Assembly (NCBI GenBank): GCA_048498835.1
Contig: JBEHXF010000033.1
Location: forward strand, 1-22,951
DNA: 22,951 bases
Origin: Chlamydiota bacterium
GTDB lineage: Bacteria; Chlamydiota; Chlamydiia; Chlamydiales; SM23-39
Reading direction: 5' to 3'
The position numbers and the translations under genes were made by a program. Every line of letters begins with the position of its first letter. The stretch's first letter is position 1. Of this stretch, positions 1-8,189 are shown in pieces. Below the pieces are notes generated by a model. The model saw nothing but the letters and a program-made list of their open reading frames with translations. It was not told the DNA's origin and made no database searches.

Positions 1-368
1 TCTGGTTGCGAGATCATGAGATCGTCGATGTTGACTCCGATTTTTGCAGCATAGGCTGGATCGAGGGCGTGCTCTGCATCGATATAGGCTGCAAGGCCTC
101 CGTTTTTTTGAGCATTTGCTACGATATGGGTTGCAAGTGTCGATTTACCGGATGATTCTGGTCCGAAAATTTCAATGATTCTTCCGCGGGGTACGCCTCC
201 GATGCCAAGAGCTACATCGAGAGAGATGGCCCCTGTTTTAATGACGCTGAGCCCCTGTGAAGAGGAATGTTTGCCGAGGGACATAATCGATCCATCGCCA
301 AATTGCTTTTGTATATGGGAAATCGCGAGCTCTAGAGCTTTGCGCTTATCTTGGGTTGGGTGATTCAT
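1..368 (-). CDS. recA: Recombinase RecA, N-terminal ~122 codons (runs off the left edge; absent from the ORF track)
   Basis: Manual translation from the ATG at 368: [29 protein letters not shown]...[28 protein letters not shown]...[12 protein letters not shown]...SQP. Contains the Walker A motif and RecA signatures; GGAG RBS upstream. Confidence 0.98.
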   Translation of the reverse strand, partial: MNHPTQDKRKALELAISHIQKQFGDGSIMSLGKHSSSQGLSVIKTGAISLDVALGIGGVPRGRIIEIFGPESSGKSTLATHIVANAQKNGGLAAYIDAEHALDPAYAAKIGVNIDDLMISQP

Positions 369-1528
369 ATAGACTCCACTAAATGGTTGCTTTCAGAATG
401 AGACGAAAGATTCTTCTCGTCAAGCTCCTTGTCGATTCTGATTTGATCTAAAAGTGAGATATACTTGTTCGTAGCCTGTTCTATAGAAAAACGGCTTTCT
501 ACGGAACATCGAGCTGCATAGCCAATCTGCTTTCTTAATCTGCAGCTAGACGATAAATGGAGAATTATCTGGAGCCAGTCGTCAAGGGTATAGGCGAAAA
601 AACCAGTGACTTGGTGTTCAATAACAAGAAGATCAGCGGGGCTCGGTTTGCAAATGACGGGTAAGCCTGCGGCCATAAACGCGATCACTTTGGTCGAGGG
701 TTTTGTGTATTGGTGAAGTCTATGTAGATCTTTCATCGTGATGGCTATATCGGCCCATTTCATCAATTCAAAAGAATTTTTTACACTCCAGTTTATATGC
801 TTAACGTATTCAGTATCTATGCCTTGTTCTTCTGAATGATAGTAAAGTCGGACTGGCTTTCCCGCCTTTTGGGAGAGATACGGGAGGTAGGATTCAATCC
901 ATTTGAGATTTTGCAGGTTGGAAGCATACCCTTGTGCTAGGAGCCGAATTTCTGAGTGATCAAGATAGCTGGTTTTATAGTCGGGATTAATGATCGGATG
1001 TTCAATGAGAAGGTTTCTTTTTTTTACCTGGTGCATAAACTGTCGATGCACGGGAGTCGAGAGGATATACCCATCTAGCAAGTTGGTAAAAGCTAAATGA
1101 TGGCGAAAGTAAAAGCGATATTTTTCCTGATCATTGGGATTATCGACTATATCATAGATAAATTGTTTTTTAGCCGATTTAAGCTTCTGGATAAAAGGTA
1201 TGAAAGAGGGATTGAATTTTTTGACGATGATGACGATATCAAAATTCTTCATTTCCGCCGGGGAGCAGAAAAAGCCCGCGCAATAGTTTGAATCTAGTTG
1301 ATTGATAGCATTGATGATTGGGTCGATTCGCCATTTGCGTTCCGCTAAATCATCCTCTCCTGAAGCAATCGGACCGAAACCCACCTTGATTTTGCGAGAA
1401 ATGAGGCAACGGATTTTTGTTTTGACATACCAGCTGAAAGAAATCAGATAAGTTCCAAGCAGCAGGTAGAGAAGGGTTTTTTTCCACCCTTTTTCTCTGC
1501 ATGCAGACCAGGCTTTGAAGAGGTTCAT
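365..1528 (-). CDS. Glycosyltransferase, GT-B fold (GT4-like), with N-terminal hydrophobic segment
   Basis: C-terminal ADIAI...[18 protein letters not shown]...VIEHQVTGF...[10 protein letters not shown]...FS is typical of the Glycos_transf_1 domain; FIYDIVD motif in the N-domain. Confidence 0.85.
   Translation of the reverse strand: MNLFKAWSACREKGWKKTLLYLLLGTYLISFSWYVKTKIRCLISRKIKVGFGPIASGEDDLAERKWRIDPIINAINQLDSNYCAGFFCSPAEMKNFDIVIIVKKFNPSFIPFIQKLKSAKKQFIYDIVDNPNDQEKYRFYFRHHLAFTNLLDGYILSTPVHRQFMHQVKKRNLLIEHPIINPDYKTSYLDHSEIRLLAQGYASNLQNLKWIESYLPYLSQKAGKPVRLYYHSEEQGIDTEYVKHINWSVKNSFELMKWADIAITMKDLHRLHQYTKPSTKVIAFMAAGLPVICKPSPADLLVIEHQVTGFFAYTLDDWLQIILHLSSSCRLRKQIGYAARCSVESRFSIEQATNKYISLLDQIRIDKELDEKNLSSHSESNHLVESI
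395..423 (-). promoter_or_regulatory. Putative sigma70/sigma66 promoter for recA, inside the 3' end of the GT gene
   Basis: Minus strand TTGACG-N17-CATTCT, with the -10 ending 26 nt before the recA ATG. Confidence 0.5.
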
Positions 1529-1529
1529 C

Positions 1530-1552
1530 TGTAAAGCAGCTTTACAATCGAT
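1530..1552. repeat. Palindrome TGTAAAGC-A-GCTTTACA (+ATCGAT), copy 1
   Basis: Perfect 8-1-8 inverted repeat at 1530-1546; 21/23 identical to 22214-22236. Confidence 0.8.
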
Positions 1553-1656
1553 TCAGGCAACGACTGTATTCAATTTCTTAAAATCAGTCGATAGTTGCAT
1601 TCAGAGCTTCGGTAAAAATTTGGAGATCTGCTAGATAGTCTCTTAGAGGGCTTTGG

Positions 1657-2625
1657 ATGATTTTAGCTGGTGATATTGGCGGGACACACACTCGTTTGGC
1701 TTTATTTGACCAGGCAGGTGAGCTCGATTTGGTGACAGAAAAAAAATATCGCAGCCGAGATCATCAATCTTTGGCTGAAATCGTTAGGATCTTTTTGGCT
1801 GAAAAGAAAACTGAAATTACGGCTGCATGCTTTGGAGTTGCCGGTGCTGTTCGAAGTGGCCGCTGTCAAGCGACAAATTTGCCTTGGATTATCGATGAGA
1901 GGCAATTGGAGCATGAACTCAACATTTCCAGAGTGCGTTTGTTAAATGACTTAGAAGCAAATGCCTATGGAATTGGAGCATTAAAAGAAAATGAACTTTT
2001 TGTATTGTGCGCTGGACAAAAACAAACGGGAAACCAAGCTTTAATTGCCGCGGGAACGGGTCTGGGTGAAGCGGGGCTTTATTGGGACGGTAAAGTACAT
2101 CATCCCTTTGCTTGTGAAGGAGGACATGCCGATTTTGCTCCTCGCAATGGATTAGAAATTGAATTGTTTCAGTATTTGAAAAAGAAATGGCATCACGTCT
2201 CCTTCGAGCGTGTTGTATCGGGGCCAGGTATTTATGCGATTTACCGATTTTTAGTCGAATCAGGTCATGAAAAAGCTTCCAATCAGGTAGAGGCAGAATT
2301 GGTGCGAGGGGATGCTCCGCGGATTATTTCTGAATATGGAAGAGAGAATCGAGATTCTGCTTGTAGTCGTGCCCTTGATTTATTTCTCAATTGTTATGGA
2401 GCAGAGGCTGGTAATTTAGCATTGAAGTTTCTCTCTTTAGGGGGAGTTTATATCGGCGGAGGAATAGCGCCCACTTTGCTAGAGAGAATTAAGAAAGGGG
2501 GGTTTTATTCGGCCTTCGTAGACAAGGGAAGATTTACCGAACTTCTCCATTCTATCCCCATTTATGTGATTTTAAATGATAACGCAGCCTTATTGGGCGC
2601 TGCTACGTTTGCAAGAGGACTATGA
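1657..2625 (+). CDS. glk: Glucokinase (E. coli Glk family)
   Basis: Motifs LAGDIGGTHTR, TNLPW, LLNDLEANAYG, AAGTGLG, EGGHADF, ERVVSGPG, GGVYIGGGI. Confidence 0.95.
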   Translation: MILAGDIGGTHTRLALFDQAGELDLVTEKKYRSRDHQSLAEIVRIFLAEKKTEITAACFGVAGAVRSGRCQATNLPWIIDERQLEHELNISRVRLLNDLEANAYGIGALKENELFVLCAGQKQTGNQALIAAGTGLGEAGLYWDGKVHHPFACEGGHADFAPRNGLEIELFQYLKKKWHHVSFERVVSGPGIYAIYRFLVESGHEKASNQVEAELVRGDAPRIISEYGRENRDSACSRALDLFLNCYGAEAGNLALKFLSLGGVYIGGGIAPTLLERIKKGGFYSAFVDKGRFTELLHSIPIYVILNDNAALLGAATFARGL

Positions 2626-5285
2626 ATCCAGAATCTAAGCGATTGAACGAGCGCGAACCGGGTCCGATTCCCCCTTGGGAGCGTTGGGGTCCCTACATGG
2701 CTGAAAGAGCTTGGGGAACAGTTCGTGAAGATTACAGCGCAGACGGAGATGCGTGGAATTATTTTCCTCATGATCATGCTCGTATGCGCGCTTTTCGCCG
2801 CGGAGAGGATGGAATTGCAGGGTTGTGCGATCGGTTTCAAGTCTTAGCTTTTAACCCCGCTTTTTGGAATGGGAAAGATCCGATTTTAAAAGAGCGGTTG
2901 TTTGGTTTGAATTCCTATGAAGGAAATCACGGAGAAGATGTAAAAGAGCTTTACTATTATCTCGATGCAACGCCGACAGCTAGTTATCTCAAGTACTTGT
3001 ATAAGTATCCGCAAGAACCCTACCCCTACGATCTGTTAGTAGAAGAAAACGGACGACGAAAAGCCTTGGATCGAGAGTATGAGCTGATCGATACGGGTAT
3101 TTTTGATGAAAATCGGTACTTCGATATCTACATCGAGTATGCAAAAGCAGGCCCAGAAGACATTTGCATGAAGATTGAGGCGATCAATCGAGGCCCAGAT
3201 GCAGCTCCCCTTCATATGATCCCCCAGCTTTGGTTTCGCAATCAATGGAGCTGGGGACACAAGACAATGGATCAGCCGACGATCGAAGTATTGGAAGAAT
3301 CAAATGAATCTATTTGCTTGGTGGCGGATGATTCACGGCTGGCTTCGCCTCACTACTTACTCTTAGACTACCATTTAGGAAAACGGTATTTGTACGCGAC
3401 TCCAAAAGGGGAAGCATTATTTACAAACAATGAGACCAACCAACAAGCTATTTGGAAAAAACCAAATACAAGTCCTTATGTAAAAGATGCTTTTCATCGT
3501 TACTTGGTGAAGAAAGAAATCGATGCAGTGAATACTAAGCGTGTGGGTACGAAGGGAGGAATTCATTATCATTTCTCATCGGTTGCTCCTGGGAAAAGCG
3601 CTGTTATTTATTTGCGATTGTGTCCTGAACCCTTAAAAAATCCGCTTAAGGACGTGGAATCGATCATTGCAAAAAGGAAAGCTGAAGCTGATCAATTTTA
3701 CGAAGAAGTTCATCCCAAGAAGGCAACGGAAGAAGAAAAAATGATCCAACGGCAAGCGCTTGCCGGCATGGTTTGGAATAAGCAAATCTATATCTTTTCG
3801 GTAAGTAACTGGCTTCAGGGAGATGATCCAAATCACCCTCCTCCCGAATCACACAAGACAATTCGAAATACCCACTGGAGACATATTGTCTCTATGCGGA
3901 TTATATCTATGCCAGATAAGTGGGAATATCCCTGGTTTGCCGCTTGGGATCTCGCTTTTCACTCTTTATCCATGGCTCTCATCGATCTCGAATTTGCGAA
4001 AAATCAAGCTTGGCTCCTCTTATTTGATCAATTCCAACATCCAAATGGGGCTATACCTGCTTATGAATGGGAATTTAGCGATATCAATCCGCCTGTTCAG
4101 GCGTGGGCCGCTCTCAAGCTCTATGAATTTGAGAAAGAAAAATATGGAACGGAAGATCTCGATTTTCTAGAGAAGTGCTTTCATAAATTGCTTTTAAATT
4201 TCGCTTGGTGGGTCAATAAGGTTGATAGTTTTGGGAACAACATCTTCGAGGGAGGCTTTCTCGGGATGGATAATATTGGATTTGGCGATCGCTCTCAAAA
4301 ACCACCTCCAGGTTTTCTCATCGATCAATCAGATGGTTCGGGTTGGATGTCGCTTCTTTGCTTGAATATGATGCGGATTGCTCTCATCTTATCCAAACGC
4401 AATCCCAACTATGAAGGATTAGGCACGAAATTCTTCCAACACTTTATCTACGTGACAGCAGCCATGAGAAAAGGTTATTGGCGTCACTATGATATGTACG
4501 ATGAGCAAGATGGCTTTTTCTACAGCTACTTACGTAAACCCGATGGATCTTTTGATAAATTTCCCATTCGTTCGCTTGTGGGCATTATTCCATTCTTCGC
4601 TTGCGATGTGTGGGATGAAACGGAATTGAAAAAATATCCTGAATTTTATCTGGCTTATGATTGGATGATTCATAAAAAATCCGATCTTACAGACAAGTGC
4701 ATCCAAAAAATTCCTCATGAAACGGGATCTAAGCATGTCTTTGGTCTCTTGAGCGCGCAAGAATTGAAGAAATTTTTGCGAAATATTTGGGATCCAAACG
4801 AGTTTCGTTCAAAATTTGGACTGCGCTCACTTTCAAAATATCATGAAAAACATCCTGCACAAATGCACGGCTTTTCACTTGTTTACGAACCTGGAGAGGC
4901 ATTAGAAAAGATAAAAGGCGGTAATTCGAATTGGAGAGGGCCGATCTGGTTTCCCCTCAATTATCTTCTTATCGAGACGTTACTTAATCTAGGAAGCGCC
5001 TTCAAGGATAGTCTAGAAGTTCAGGTAGGAAAAGAGAAAAAGGTCGTATTGCATGAAATGGCGCAATACTACGGTGAGGCGCTTTTAAGCCTATTTAAAC
5101 GCGATTCTGAAGGAAAGCGGCCTATCTTTGGAGACTGCGAAAAGTATCAAAACGACCCACACTTTAAAGATCACTTGATCTTTCCCGAGCATTTCCATGG
5201 AGATAACGGGCGTGGACTAGGTGCTTCGCAACAGACTGGTTGGACTGGCTTGATCGCCAATCTAATCGCAGCTCTTCGGAAATAA
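2622..5285 (+). CDS. GH63-like (MGH1/YMR196W-type) glycoside hydrolase, probable glucosidase
   Basis: Motifs WGPY..ER.WGTVREDYS, GNHGEDVKE, SMPDKWEYPWFAAWDLAFH, NSNWRGPIWFP, EHFHGDNGRGLGAS.QTGWT; ATGA overlap with glk. Confidence 0.9.
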   Translation: MNPESKRLNEREPGPIPPWERWGPYMAERAWGTVREDYSADGDAWNYFPHDHARMRAFRRGEDGIAGLCDRFQVLAFNPAFWNGKDPILKERLFGLNSYEGNHGEDVKELYYYLDATPTASYLKYLYKYPQEPYPYDLLVEENGRRKALDREYELIDTGIFDENRYFDIYIEYAKAGPEDICMKIEAINRGPDAAPLHMIPQLWFRNQWSWGHKTMDQPTIEVLEESNESICLVADDSRLASPHYLLLDYHLGKRYLYATPKGEALFTNNETNQQAIWKKPNTSPYVKDAFHRYLVKKEIDAVNTKRVGTKGGIHYHFSSVAPGKSAVIYLRLCPEPLKNPLKDVESIIAKRKAEADQFYEEVHPKKATEEEKMIQRQALAGMVWNKQIYIFSVSNWLQGDDPNHPPPESHKTIRNTHWRHIVSMRIISMPDKWEYPWFAAWDLAFHSLSMALIDLEFAKNQAWLLLFDQFQHPNGAIPAYEWEFSDINPPVQAWAALKLYEFEKEKYGTEDLDFLEKCFHKLLLNFAWWVNKVDSFGNNIFEGGFLGMDNIGFGDRSQKPPPGFLIDQSDGSGWMSLLCLNMMRIALILSKRNPNYEGLGTKFFQHFIYVTAAMRKGYWRHYDMYDEQDGFFYSYLRKPDGSFDKFPIRSLVGIIPFFACDVWDETELKKYPEFYLAYDWMIHKKSDLTDKCIQKIPHETGSKHVFGLLSAQELKKFLRNIWDPNEFRSKFGLRSLSKYHEKHPAQMHGFSLVYEPGEALEKIKGGNSNWRGPIWFPLNYLLIETLLNLGSAFKDSLEVQVGKEKKVVLHEMAQYYGEALLSLFKRDSEGKRPIFGDCEKYQNDPHFKDHLIFPEHFHGDNGRGLGASQQTGWTGLIANLIAALRK

Positions 5286-5311
5286 AAAAGGCTGGGAATT
5301 CTCCCAGCCTT
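5284..5311 (-). terminator. Intrinsic terminator of the left porin gene, possibly also serving the convergent glk-GH63 unit
   Basis: AAGGCTGGGA-attc-TCCCAGCCTT 10-bp stem at 5288-5311, followed by a U-run on the minus strand. Confidence 0.85.
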
Positions 5312-5342
5312 AACAGCTTTTAAAGCGCTATAGAATCGATGA

Positions 5343-6422
5343 TTAGAAATCGAGTCTAAGCGTTAGGTTCAAGCCATGGACGTACAGATTGCCATTTGGC
5401 AAGTTGCTATTTCCAGGCATTGCGTCATCTGTAAAATGACGGAACATATTTTGATTCCAGAATACTTGGAATCCATAAGATGCTAGCAAGTCAAAGTGCC
5501 AATTGTTGTTATCAAAATAAGAACCCCAAGCAAAACCGAAGTCCATATTCGTGTGCGGTCTGATGGTGTAGAGCCCGGTTTGGCTAACGTTAACTGCTGT
5601 AAGACCTGTTGTTCTAAAGGATGTGCGATAGCGTGTATAGAGCAAATCTGCTTCCACATCGCCGAAGCAACGGAATCCATAACCAATCAGGTAGTTTGTT
5701 GAGAAACCAACCTGAGGACCCACCCCCCATGAAGTAAAGCTGTTGTGTACAGTGGAAGTAGCAGCTGTTCCTACCACACCAGTATTTACACCGGTGAGAT
5801 TGTATTTTTCACGAATCCAAGCAGCTCGGATACCGAAATAAGGGCGATAAGTAAGTCTTGTGCCTACATAATGAGCACGGGCGAGTTGCCAATCAGCGAG
5901 ATCCATTTTCAGGGTCCATTTTCCGCTCATTGTGTCGTTGGTCTGTCCAGCATCATCAGTAACAGGATCTCCCTGAACTGGGAAAATGGAAGCAAAACCT
6001 GTACCAGTTGAGCTAGTGGTTTGGGAGTTATGGAACCAAGTGTATTCAAGGAAGCTATCCCAGTTATCCCAATCCAAATTCATTCCCAATCCAACTTGGA
6101 AGCCAGGTTGATAGTCAGAGCTGAAATTGATGGTATTATTGGTCGCGCCAGAGAGAACTCTTGGATCGGCTGCTGATGAGGTGTTGATTCCAATCTCCAT
6201 ATTGTCTTGGAGAGGTTGCCAGTAGATGAAAGAAGCTTCGATCGCTAAATCCCAGCAAGCGCGGACATCAATGCGTGCAGGAGCGTTGTATGCAGCTGTT
6301 AAGGGCGCTTGGTTTGGCTCTGGTGGTGTTGGAGTTGTGCGGCAATTGTCATTGTTATCTGCAAATACAGATGTAGCTGCCATGAGCGATGCTACAATCC
6401 AAGGCTTTGTCTTTGTAAACAT
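5343..6422 (-). CDS. MOMP-like / Lpg1974-family outer-membrane beta-barrel porin, paralog A
   Basis: Signal peptide (..SVFA), FIYWQP, PGFQVGLG...DNWD, GVGPQVG, GFQVFWNQN, GNLYVHGLNL, C-terminal Phe (LRLDF). Confidence 0.88.
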   Translation of the reverse strand: MFTKTKPWIVASLMAATSVFADNNDNCRTTPTPPEPNQAPLTAAYNAPARIDVRACWDLAIEASFIYWQPLQDNMEIGINTSSAADPRVLSGATNNTINFSSDYQPGFQVGLGMNLDWDNWDSFLEYTWFHNSQTTSSTGTGFASIFPVQGDPVTDDAGQTNDTMSGKWTLKMDLADWQLARAHYVGTRLTYRPYFGIRAAWIREKYNLTGVNTGVVGTAATSTVHNSFTSWGVGPQVGFSTNYLIGYGFRCFGDVEADLLYTRYRTSFRTTGLTAVNVSQTGLYTIRPHTNMDFGFAWGSYFDNNNWHFDLLASYGFQVFWNQNMFRHFTDDAMPGNSNLPNGNLYVHGLNLTLRLDF

Positions 6423-6441
6423 ATCTGTCCTGTTTTTTTGA

Positions 6442-6568
6442 TTTGAACGAAAATCTTGCTAGCTTTCCGTAGCACAAACTTACCCGTCATATTTCACTTC
6501 GGATAGGAGAGCTAAACAGCAAAAAACCTTGCTCAGTTTGCTCTTTTCGAATCGCAATGCAACGATTC
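6442..6568 (-). promoter_or_regulatory. Structured 5' leader of porin A
   Basis: Hairpins at 6549-6568, 6508-6544 and 6457-6474, then TTTTCGTTCAAA (6453-6442), which is shared with the porin B leader. Confidence 0.55.
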
Positions 6569-6589
6569 CGTCCGTAGTTGATAAGTTCG

Positions 6590-6619
6590 ATCTTAGTCTT
6601 AAATTGAAAATTCAAGCAA
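6590..6619 (-). promoter_or_regulatory. Putative promoter of porin A
   Basis: TTGCTT-N18-TAAGAT; the same hexamers and spacing occur upstream of porin B. Confidence 0.7.
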
Positions 6620-6630
6620 GGATTTTTGTG

Positions 6631-6664
6631 AAAAAGAGAGGGGGCGTATTTTCATACGCCCCCT
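6631..6664 (-). terminator. Intrinsic terminator of porin B
   Basis: AGGGGGCGTAT-tttc-ATACGCCCCCT 11-bp stem at 6639-6664, followed on the minus strand by CTCTTTTT. Confidence 0.85.
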
Positions 6665-6692
6665 TGAGATTTACAGAACTAACAGACTTCGA

Positions 6693-7757
6693 TTAGAAAT
6701 CGAAGCGAGCTGTCAAGTTCAAGCCTTGAACATACAAGTCGCCGTTTGGCAGATTGCTGTTTCCAGGCATTGTGTCGTCTGTAAAGTGGCGGAACATATT
6801 TTGATTCCAGAACACTTGGAAACCGTAGGAAGCCATCAGGTCAAAGTGCCAGTTGTTGTTATCAAAATAGCTGCCCCAACCAAAGCCGAGGTCCAAGTTA
6901 GCATGTGGACGAACGGTGTTGATGTGGATTTGGCTTACAGAGTAAGTATCTGTGCCATCAAAAGATGTTAGAGCTGTTCTGTAGCGCGTAAAGAGGATAT
7001 CGCCGTTAACATCGCCGAACATTCTCAATCCGTACCCGAACATGTAGTTAGCTGTTAAGCCCACTTGTGGTCCAAGACCCCAAGAGATCGATGTGTTGTT
7101 AACTATCAATGTTGTGTCGTAAGTAACGTTGTACTTTTGACGGATCCATGCGCCGCGAGCACCGAAGAACGGACGGAATGTCAGTTTTGTGCCAACGTAG
7201 TAGCTGCGGGCGAGTTGCCAGTCAGCGAAATCCATTTTCAAATGCCAGCTTCCGCTAGCTGTACCAGCAGCTAAACCGCCGATATCGCTAACTGGAATAC
7301 CTTGCATTGGGAGGATAGATCCACCTGCAGGAGCTGTAGAGCTATTTGAATTTGTGTTATGGAACCAGGTGTACTGTAGGTAGCTATCCCAGTTGTCATA
7401 ATCAAAGTTCATTCCTAAGCCAACTTGGAAGCCAGGCTTATAATTTGTATCGAAATTGATTGTGCTATTCGATGCAGCTGTAAGGTCAGCGCCAGAAGAA
7501 GAAATGCCATACTCCATGTTGTCTTGGAGTGGTTGCCAGTAGATAAAGGCAACATCAATGTACATATCCCAGCAGCCGCGAACATCAATGCGAGATGTCG
7601 CATTGTAAGCTGCAGTCATTGGTGCTTGATTCGGCTCGGGCGGTTTTGGTGTCGACCGGCACGCATCATTGTTAGACTTCGTTTGTCCAAAGATGGATGT
7701 AGCTGCTAGGAGCGATGCTACCATCCAAGGCTTTGTTTTTGTAAGTACGTTCAACAT
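6693..7757 (-). CDS. MOMP-like / Lpg1974-family outer-membrane beta-barrel porin, paralog B
   Basis: Full-length paralog of 5343-6422 (e.g. identical WGSYFDNNNWHFDL and YGFQVFWNQNMFRHFTDD); signal peptide; ends ARFDF; GGAGAG RBS. Confidence 0.88.
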   Translation of the reverse strand: MLNVLTKTKPWMVASLLAATSIFGQTKSNNDACRSTPKPPEPNQAPMTAAYNATSRIDVRGCWDMYIDVAFIYWQPLQDNMEYGISSSGADLTAASNSTINFDTNYKPGFQVGLGMNFDYDNWDSYLQYTWFHNTNSNSSTAPAGGSILPMQGIPVSDIGGLAAGTASGSWHLKMDFADWQLARSYYVGTKLTFRPFFGARGAWIRQKYNVTYDTTLIVNNTSISWGLGPQVGLTANYMFGYGLRMFGDVNGDILFTRYRTALTSFDGTDTYSVSQIHINTVRPHANLDLGFGWGSYFDNNNWHFDLMASYGFQVFWNQNMFRHFTDDTMPGNSNLPNGDLYVQGLNLTARFDF

Positions 7758-7770
7758 TTTTGCTCTCCAT

Positions 7771-7865
7771 TTTGAACGAAAAAGTTTTTAGCTTTCGCTA
7801 AGATAATAAAAAACTCATTTCTCGCTTCCGAATTGCGAATTGGCGGTCGCCAAAATCGAGTTCGG
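7771..7865 (-). promoter_or_regulatory. Structured 5' leader of porin B
   Basis: Long imperfect hairpin 7828-7865 (CCGAA/TTCGG, TTGGCG/CGCCAA), TTTAGC-GAAA-GCTAAA hairpin 7786-7801, and TTTTCGTTCAAA at 7782-7771. Confidence 0.55.
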
Positions 7866-7877
7866 TTTACATCGTGA

Positions 7878-7907
7878 ATCTTAAACTCAAGTTGAAAATT
7901 AAAGCAA
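7878..7907 (-). promoter_or_regulatory. Putative promoter of porin B
   Basis: TTGCTT-N18-TAAGAT; the spacer shares AATTTTCAA with the porin A promoter. Confidence 0.7.
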
Positions 7908-7941
7908 GCGAAAGCGAAAAAATGTCTTGAAGCGGACATGG

Positions 7942-7981
7942 AAAATGCCTCTAAAACTATGTGTAGAGGGCTATTTTTTTT
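7942..7981. terminator. Possible (bidirectional) terminator downstream of the small ORF
   Basis: GCCTCTA...TAGAGGGC imperfect stem flanked by AAAAT and a T-run. Confidence 0.45.
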
Positions 7982-7991
7982 CAGAAATTTT

Positions 7992-8189
7992 TTACCCAGA
8001 ATGTTCACTCCAATGAATAAAGACACCAATTTTTTGCTGAATCTGAATCGGTGAATTTGTTTCCAACATTAAAACCCAAGGGTTAATTTCGAGTTCATCA
8101 ATTTCATCGCTTTCTAATGCTTCATCTATATTTTCGAGTGAACCGAAGTAAGTTTGAGGAAACAGAAAATGGTAGTTCTTCTGTAACAT
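7992..8189 (-). CDS. Small acidic hypothetical protein (65 aa)
   Basis: Strong AAGAGGAG RBS before the ATG; fills an otherwise empty interval; followed by a hairpin. Confidence 0.6.
   Translation of the reverse strand: MLQKNYHFLFPQTYFGSLENIDEALESDEIDELEINPWVLMLETNSPIQIQQKIGVFIHWSEHSG

Noticed and set aside
175..363. 62-aa plus-strand ORF
   Set aside because: Antisense shadow of recA.
5496..6971. Similar antisense ORFs (5496-5702 and 6726-6971) sharing VVIKI..P.K.EV
   Set aside because: The similarity follows from paralogy of the porins on the opposite strand; no independent RBS or coding signal.
7920..7985. Plus-strand sRNA ending at the T-run near 7980
   Set aside because: No convincing plus-strand promoter found; the hairpin is adequately explained as the terminator of the small minus-strand ORF.
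7751..8029. 92-aa minus-strand ORF upstream of porin B
   Set aside because: It crosses a hairpin, the conserved promoter and the structured leader, and overlaps the better-supported small ORF.
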